Assembly: GCA_905178155.1 (NCBI GenBank)
Contig: CAJINV010000005.1
Location: 4,071,556-4,135,555, forward strand
Direction: 5' to 3'
Source of the DNA: Amoebophrya sp. A120
Lineage: Eukaryota; Protista; Dinoflagellata
Length of the DNA stretch: 64,000 nt
Part shown: positions 53,039-61,133 of the stretch, in pieces
Position numbering within the stretch: position 1 is the stretch's first letter
Layout: each line of letters opens with the position of its first letter
The notes under the pieces: model-generated
Databases searched by the model: none
Told to the model about the DNA's origin: nothing
What the model saw: only the letters and a program-made list of their open reading frames with translations
Translations under genes and position numbers: made by a program

Positions 53039-53654
53039 AGCAAAGTGCACATGCAACTTCCGAAAATCTTCCATGGATGAAATTTCAAACTCAAGAAGAA
53101 GAAGAAGTCTGTATCTACTTATGACAGGTGCGCGTGCGCACTTGATGACAGAAATATCGCAGAATACCATCCCCAGTATCGTCGTCGCATACCACGTTCC
53201 CTACGTGTCTTCTTCCTACAACCATGAGGGTGTGCTCCGTGCGTTGCGCTCGGCTGCCTCTCATTTCAGTTTCAGACTCAGGACGATGATGAACCATTGC
53301 TTCGTATTCCATGTCGAATCGGTGTAGGTGTTGATCTTCATGTCTTTTCCCCCAGCGCGTCAGGGTCGCCGGAGTCTGGCTCTAGTGGAATTTCCTCGAT
53401 GATCCTTTCTAGCATGTTCAGAGTCTTCGCTCCGGAATTCTTGCTGTTTCGTGCAGAAAATGCCTAGCATATCTTCAAGCGTGACTTTCAGTTTACCCCC
53501 GCCACGCATTGCATGCTGCTCCTGCATAGTAAAATAGAATACTAATCTTCATTGCGCGCAAGGCAGAACTTCCATCGCATGTTTCACTTTATTCAGCCAT
53601 TCATCGCCAACATTTCAACGGAAAAAATACTGATATCATAAAAAAATTCATCAC

Positions 53655-55508
53655 TTACACATACACTGGCTGTTTCCTGCATGATACCGAGTCAAGAAGT
53701 GCCAGCCTGTCGGCTGTGAGGTCGCTCCCAGTCCCATCGCCACCCGTCACTCTACTAGAACTAGCTCTCAAGTTCTGGTGTTGAAGATCACCTTCCTGCT
53801 GCATTAGCCCAGATGTCGTGTCTACGCCGCGAGAAGAGCGAGCGAAGCTCAATCTCCCCATGGCCATTTGTGCGCCTACCGATTTGCCAGTGGTACCGCC
53901 GGAGAAGTGAGACTGTGTGCGCATTTTTCGACTTCGAGGCGAAAAGCACCACGACCAGAGGACGAGCTTGCTCGATTCGTGTTCCTCGAAAAATGCTGGA
54001 GGTTGCATGAATGAATACAATACAACCAAAGATATCAAAAGATATTGACGAGGCGGGGGGATCACGCGGCGTACACACGCTTACTCACAGTCACATAGAA
54101 ACATGAGGCATTATCAACATCATTTTTGTGAGAACAGAAGAGGTGTGCGCTAGTTGTTCATCTTGATGCACAATTTTCTATTTCTTTACGGTCGTAACCG
54201 CAACCAAGATCTTGGTTTGAAATTTTTTCTTGTGGCACGTGGACACTTGTTCAGATTTGATATCGAAAACGGACCGTCGGGGGCGGCTTCAAACTGCGTT
54301 CCTGCTAATCTGCCCTCGTGAGTGGAGGATCGGGCTTGCGATCTGGGATCTGCGTATCCGGAGAAGCACTCGGCGTGGTACCTGGTCGATATGCGGGACC
54401 CGCGTCGCTCGGTGATGGGCTCCCCAACTTGCGTGAAAGGTTTTCGACACTCGCGGCACATGTGGCCCAGGTCACTTCTCTGCGCCAGCCGGTGTATCAA
54501 CTGTAAAAGTGTCTGGGTCTGGAAGATTCTGACACTTGTCACGCACGTTTTGCATGAGCCATGATGTCTGTGATGCATACCCTAGCAATACAGATTTTTT
54601 GAGGGCTTCTTGATGCGTATTCCGCATGACAAATGCCTTCTCAGCGTAGCAAAAATTGCATTCCCTTTGCTACTCGTCATGCAATACAGATTTTTTTGGA
54701 ATCCAGATGCAGCATCACAAGTTGCATTCTTCCAGACCCAGACATTTTTACATTTGATACGGTGCTGATAGTCCCAATACATCGTCTCGTCCCCAGCCCC
54801 AATGGTTGTTTCGCTGCACGCAAGGGAAAATGCCTTCCCCGACGCTGCAACGCTGGGATGCAGCGAGGGCGCTGCTGACCAGGTCGACCTTCGGGTCGTC
54901 GCCACGGATGCCGTGTCGTCTTGTTGTTCTATGCAAAGAAAAAAGTGTTACAGTTACACATTGTGTTGCAAAACACACAAGCGAGACGACTTCTGTCATG
55001 CGCAAAATGCTTGCGAGTCTCGTTTCGTGTGTGTTTAGTTTTGCCTTATGATCTCTGCATTACTCTGTCATGCGGGACAAAGTTTTTATTGTGATGCTGA
55101 ATTCACTACAAATGTGTAACTGTAACACTTTTTTCCTTGGATATGTTGGGTCGCACCGCCAGTAGCTCCTCCGGGGCGATCATCTCCTGAGGCACCCTGC
55201 AGCTCTGCTCCGTCCGGCTCTTCGGGCTGAATGGCTTTGCGCGACGCCGAGGTTGCATTGCCGCGGCCTCGGCGAATAAGGGTCTCGTCCGCCCGAGATA
55301 AGAGCCCACCCCGGCGGGCAGCTCCGGCTCCATGATCAGCATCGGAATTTTTGGACGAGGCGGTGCTCGTCGCGGTCACGGCTTTCGATGGCTTGGAAAA
55401 TCCTTTTTCTTCCAAGAGCTGCTGTTGACGCTCGACGAGCGAAAGCCTTGTTTTTTTCGGATTACTACTAGTCGTTCGGTGGTTTGAAGAAACTTCGTTC
55501 TCAGACAT
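53655..55508 (-). CDS. Protein with CxxC...HxxC zinc-finger-like domain
   Basis: After removing two introners: ...GATQ|QQDDTASVATTRR...YWDYQHR|LAQRSDLGHMCRECRKPF...RYHAECFSGYADPRSQ. The 3' end is uncertain and may extend to about 53.1 kb. Confidence 0.7.
54495..54759. mobile_element. Introner family 1
   Basis: TATCAACTGTAAAAGTG ... TACATTTGATA; TSD CGGTG. Confidence 0.95.
54930..55143. mobile_element. Introner family 3
   Basis: TATGCAAAGAAAAAAGTGTTACAGTTACAC ... GTGTAACTGTAACACTTTTTTCCTTGGATA; TSD TGTTC/TGTTG. Confidence 0.92.
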
Positions 55509-56660
55509 GTTGGCGTCACGTCTTGATTTGATCGAGATTCAACATGCTCTAGCAAGTAGGAGCTTGATGTGGTCACACACTACATCCAATTCATTTCGCA
55601 ACATTATATCGGATATCATAATGAATATGTAGGCAAAGATTCAGATTGTATATTCTAATTGTATATTCTAATTGTCCGCAGGTGATCATAAAGCAAAACC
55701 ACCAGAGGGTGCAACGTCTTCCAACAAATTACGGGGCCCAGAACAGCCAGCTGCCAGAACAGCTAGCTGCGTCGCAGAAGGCGATATCGATGGGTGTAGG
55801 TTATATGAGGTTCTAATCAACCACCCTGATAATGTCCCTGTTCGAAGAAGATGGAGAGTAACAAGGCATCTGTCACAAATACGAACAGAATTTCATGTCC
55901 TGTTCATTATCATCCTGCACTACAACCACCCAAGCCCTACGGTGCTCTCATCATTCGTGCAATTAGATGAAAGTAAAAACAAATACAAGCCACACAACCG
56001 AGTCGCTGGATATCAAACGAGCTAAGTTATTGATTTCACAGGCCACATATGTGTCACGCAGACGTCGACGCGGTGCTGCATCGGCATAGATGCAAAAAGC
56101 TGTCTCCTGCAGCAACAACAAGCGTCGTGGTGCAATTTTGATTTGTGTAGCACACAAAAAAATATTCGCCCAATATTCTTCTACGCAACCACGGCCCCCG
56201 TAGTAGGTGCGTGGAAGTGCAAATCGCATCGTAAGTGTTGGATGTGATTGCTTCGGCCGAAATTGTAAGGTGCGAACTACTCGTGTCCTCTCTGGTACTT
56301 CACAACTCTCAGTACAATTACAATGAACGTGAAGTGTTCCAAAACGTTGATGACGAAGAGTAGTTTGCATTTAGAGTAACACGAAACTGATATTCATACT
56401 TATCGTTAGATTGCGTGCCTGCTGCTACGACTACAAATAAATCGTCTGATTCGCGTGTTGTTCGAAATCCAATTTATTCTGGCTTTCTTCGTATATTATA
56501 AGAATTTTTTATCAGCTCCCTCTAGCGTTTATGAACGAAAAGGAAGAAAGTTGTACAGCTTAACTTGATTCTGACGGTTGCAACGCCAGACCAAGAGAGG
56601 TCCCGTGAAGTAGTTCGCTAGATGAAGGAGCTGGGGACGTCCTTTCTGCGTGCTTTTATT

Positions 56661-59600
56661 TTAGGCGCGGCGACTCTTCCACTGCAGCAAGGCCCCCAAA
56701 TCGTTTTGCACGAGGTGCCTATGGATGCGTCAGGTTCGAAATCGACAAAGTTGAAAGGCTTTGCCACGCATAGAAAGATAGAGATACTGTCTAAGTGGCG
56801 CATGACAAATTTTGGCAGTTCCGAAGTCCAGTCTGCCGCGCTGTTTCTACTTCGGCAAAGAAAACCGCTTCTGTCGTGCTGCTTCAGCAGCCCTACCCTT
56901 ACCCCTAAACAGGCTTGCAATCGGCCTCATTCGCCTGCTCTCTTATAGTATACAGAAACAGATCGTCGGCGGGATGCTTTTTATGGATATGCAAATTTTT
57001 CAACTTTGTGAATTTCGATCCTGAGGATTCCGTAGTGCATGTATTTCCCGTAGTTGGCCTGCCCGCGGGCCATGCCTAGAATCACTCTGGCAGCATCCAC
57101 CCCCTCGCGGTCGTTTAACTTCTTGACGAGTTCGAAGTGCGTCTCCAGGAGCGCAATGCTCTTCTCCGGCTTTTCGACCGCCAGCAGAAGGCCGAGACTG
57201 AGACACGCCTTCGCCTTATCCCGTGTAAAAAAGCGTTTCAGCCCATCGGCAAGATGGTAACTTTGCTACGGGAAGCAGCAACCTTTGGCTGTTGCGCATG
57301 ACCAGTTTGGCCTCGTAGTGCAGTCCGTTTTAGCTAGGTAGTGCATCCGCGTGATAAATCGACTACATTATCCTGGTTCCACATTAAGAGGCAATCCCCA
57401 AATAGCATTGGAACGTGCTCCTCATCATGGGGGTGCGCATGAGAAGATGAAACTTATTTTACTAGGCTTATCCTTATGCATACTGAAACTAATTTGCATG
57501 AAAACTCTGGGGTCGAGACGTTTTTACTCAGGATACGCCTGCGCTTCCAGTTCTCCGGCCTCCGCGGCCACCGTCAGCAGCAGCTCGAGCTGCAAGACCG
57601 CTTCCTCGATATTGCCCGTGGCCTCATACGCCTGCGCCAGTGCCGATCGCGCATTCGCTTCTCCCGCTCGATCCCCTTGTTTCCGACAGATATCCAGGTA
57701 TTGCTGCTGCAACCTGATATGGGAGGGGCCATTGGGAAGTCAACGAGTAGGCGAAAAAAATGATTTGTAATTGTAATTGTAGTATGTCTATGTCATGCAC
57801 TCGCACTGTCACCCACGATAATAAACATCTTCTGCCTTGCCAAGAAGTAGAATGTGCATGTGGGCGTTTTCTATATTTTTGCAGAAATTATTGAAAATAT
57901 TTTGTTTGAGGGTCTGCAGGCCCTGCAGCTGTTCGAGAAACCAAGCAGAAATTTTTGCATCACCCAACACGTGTAAGTACGACGGTCGGTCAAAAGCATC
58001 ATTCTCACAGAAGAATCTCATTGAAAATCACCATGGAGTGCTGAACATCTAAGTTGTATATGCTAAAAGTAGCAGGAGACGAATTTGAAGTGTCCGTAGG
58101 ATCGAAACCAAAGTGAACGGCGGGTGCTGAAACGCATTATGGCAGGAGCACACCGCAAAATCGTACAGAACGCGAGACCCTGACACTAAATGATCTCTGG
58201 AAAGTTTGGTCTGTTGTGGAAGCAAGTGGACTCAACGGGACGGAGGTCGAGGTGTCGATGTTTATAAGTAAGAAGTAGATACTAATTTATGCATGGCAAA
58301 TTTTTTTCTTCCCAAGTTGGCGAGTTCATCCAATCTAACATCTTCATACCTGATGGATTCTCCGTATTCTCCGGACAGAGTTTTCGCCTTGCCGAGTTGA
58401 TGGCAATTCGTGCCCTCGAGCTTACTGTCTTTCGCGAGTTTCGCACAGGCCACGCATTTCTCAAACAGGTCGCATGCGGCACGGACATCGTCGTCGGTGG
58501 GACTATTACTCAGAAATCGATCCGCCTTTCCCAGAGAAAAAAGCACAGGTAGGCCATATTTGTATAATGCAAAAAGAAATACACAGCTAAATCCGTCATG
58601 GGCCGCGGCCCCATAGCATGCTGTTTAGGATATGCAAGATTTTTTGTGTATTAGTATTTATTTTTGCATTTACATAAACAAATTATATCCTGCCTGCTTT
58701 TTTCTGTGTGATACCGCCAACACCTTGTAGACATGGCAGAGCTGGAGGGCGCTCTTTATCTGCAGTGGCAGCGCGTTGCTCTGCGTGCTTAGTTCCAGCG
58801 CAGTCTCGTGGTAGGTCATGGCGTTCTCCCAGTTTCCTAACTTCTCCTCACACGTTCCCAGATTGAGGTTGGCGGTCGCGATGGACTCCACTACGCCAGC
58901 TTCCCCGGCAACCTCCAGACAGCGATGATGAAAGTAGCGGCTTGAGGAAATCGCGTCTTGCTTCTCAAAGAAGTGTATGGATGGCAAATGTGTCTGGGTC
59001 TGGAAGATTGCAACTTGTCATGCTAAATCTGAATCATGCCAAAAATCTGTGTTGCATTTGAGTGCCAAAAGCTGTTCACTTTCGACCAAGTTGGGAGGGA
59101 ATTTCTCACGCAGGATAGGCATGACAGAGGGCTCACAGAGTCTGTCATGCGAGGTCCCGCATTCCGCCCCTCGTGGGTCATGGAAAACCTGCGTGAAAAC
59201 TTTGCACTCCTCCAGACCCAGACATATTTGCAGTTGATAAACTCGGCCAGGCCACTGTACGCGTCGACCGCCAGATGATAGTTTTTTGCGCGTCGGGAAG
59301 TCTCAGCTCGCTCCAAAACGCCTTTTAGGAACCCCAGGTCCACTGGCTTTCTTTCGTGATCCAGTTTTTTGGTGGAAGTGCCATCGTCTTTGTCGGCTGC
59401 TATCCTGAGTAAAAGCGTAGCCACACCAGAGTCAGGATGAGGATTTTGCAACACAAGCCTAGGAGTTTTGTGAGTCACGCATGGCAAGTTGCTCTATGCA
59501 GTGTAGTGCAGGTTAGCAACTGCAGCCGCGTCACAGATTCATCTGCTCATCCTGTTCACAGCATCACAAATTCCAAAACACAATTGGAAATGGCTCTCAT

Positions 59601-59957
59601 GGGGATGCGCATTACAAGAACAAGTCTTCCTGTCTTTGCAAATCTGCATTACAACTCTGGTGTGGGTACGTTTCTACTCAGGATAGCTGCAACAGATTCC
59701 TCATCGGCCTGCGCCATCTTCAGAAGATCCACAAAAGAATCCACGCAACCCTCTACAAGAAGGTCGATGCAGTGGCTTTTCCTATCCTTCCTCTGTTCTG
59801 CGGCGGCAGCGGAACTCTTCTCCGCGGTCTGGGCATCACCCGCGCCGCTGCCGCTCTGCACCGCAGTTGTTCTCCCCGTTGCATCCAGCTGAGAGGAAGG
59901 GAGCGCACCAGTAGCGCGAAATTTCACGCTCGTTTGGTACGCCGCTGGTATTTCCAT
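56661..59957 (-). CDS. TTC29: Tetratricopeptide-repeat protein, TTC29-like (flagellar), 7 exons
   Basis: CIDLLVEGCVDSFVDLL at the N-terminus, TPR helices (ANLNLGTCEEKLGNWENAMTYHE; ARSALAQAYEATGNIEEA) and C-terminal LGMARGQANYGKYMH|LVQNDLGALLQWKSRRA*. All six introns are introner-derived and restore frame. The family call is from memory of the motifs. Confidence 0.75.
56720..57034. mobile_element. Introner family 2
   Basis: TATGGATGCGTCAGGTTCGAAATCGAC ... ATTTCGATCCTGAGGATTCCGTA; TSD GTGCC/GTGCA. Confidence 0.9.
57217..57535. mobile_element. Introner family 5, diverged
   Basis: TATCCCGTGTAAAAAAGCGTTTC ... GAGACGTTTTTACTCAGGATA; TSD CGCCT; EAQA|KACLSLG. Confidence 0.88.
57718..58348. mobile_element. 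Highly decayed introner whose TSD creates a GT-AG intron (57714-58349)
   Basis: TATG...CATA ends and perfect TSD CCTGA (sense TCAG|G); ESIR|LQQQYL. Confidence 0.7.
58527..58713. mobile_element. Short diverged introner
   Basis: TTTCCCAGAGAAAAAAGCA ... TGCTTTTTTCTGTGTGATA; TSD CCGCC; KVLA|DRFL. Confidence 0.82.
58976..59239. mobile_element. Introner family 1
   Basis: TATGGATGGCAAATGTGTCTGGGTCTGG ... TTTGCAGTTGATA; TSD AAGTG/AACTC (2 mismatches); frame restored. Confidence 0.9.
59401..59685. mobile_element. Introner family 5
   Basis: TATCCTGAGTAAAAGCGTAGCCACACCAGAGT ... ACTCTGGTGTGGGTACGTTTCTACTCAGGATA; TSD GCTGC; SVAA|DKDDG. Confidence 0.93.
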
Positions 59958-61133
59958 CTTGTTTTTGAAATTTTAAATCGTTCAACTTGCGCTGAGTCCT
60001 TGAGGGTGCAAATCTATATCAAACTTGCGTCAGCACCCACGGCAGCGGTCTTTTCAGGTACTTGTCTCGCGGCTGTAGTGCGTGCAAGTCGCAGCCGCCC
60101 TTGCGCGGGACGGGAGCTCAAGTGTCGAATAGGGTCCAGCTGAGCGAAGCAACCAAGTATCGGCCGAGCAGACCTCCAGTGCAAACTGCTACTGCCCTCT
60201 CGTTCGCTCACTCACATGATGAGCGTACTATCGCACGACGACAAGAGGTCCTACGCTTGTTCCTTGCGTAGTACACCCACTCTCATCTCTGAGCTCCGAA
60301 ACAGCCGATTTTCTTCTCCGGCACGACTCGATACGAACCAACACGAAACAGGGAAAATAAATATCACCTCAGCAAAAACAAAAAACGCCGTGTCGCAAGG
60401 CGTAGATGACACGTAGGCGATTGAACCCATCCACCAGACGGTGGAGCCCACAAACAAACGGCAACATCAAATCCGTGCGAGCATTTCTTTACAAGAGATG
60501 TAAAAGGCACCGTCGTCAAGATCCATGTCGTTCTTATCAATCTATCTGAAGTTTTCATTTGATTTACTTATTAGCAAAAGAACCGGGGTACGGTTTCTTG
60601 TCCCTTTCGTGAGAGGGGAGTCGTCCCGTGCTCTGTGTGGTCTGGTCATCTCTTCTTGTTTCTCTTCGACGTAGGCCGCGCGCCGTCTGCAGGCCATTTG
60701 TACCAGTGCAACATTCGCGGCATTCAGAATTGTATTGTTGCATCAACACGGCGACCCAAGCCCGATATGCATGACTATGCTCGTCGTTGTATATGTAAGA
60801 TTGGCAATACATGCGGATCTTTAAAATGTATCAAGATGGCTATCATGGGTCTACGTACTGGTGCAGTCTTCCTCGAACAAGAAATACGAGACCTTTTTTG
60901 ACTGCCACAGTATCGTGAAGCGCTCGAACTGAGCTCTGGAGCTCTCTGAGCTGCGGACATCTACCGGCACACTAGGCTAGGCAGTTGCTTCATCAAAAAA
61001 CAAAGAAATCGAGGATTGATCATTGACGTATTCATGACAATTATGAGAATGACAGAAGCAGAACATCACAGCATGTAAGTAGGAGTATCATTTCTGCACC
61101 AATACCAGTCTGAAGCCCGCACCAGACACATCC

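Noticed and set aside
53932-54262. Possible further decayed introner (sense start TATCAAATCTGAACAAGTGTCC) in the zinc-finger gene
   Set aside because: Only one end resembles a TIR and the repeat (TTCGA/TCGAA) is offset; not enough to list.
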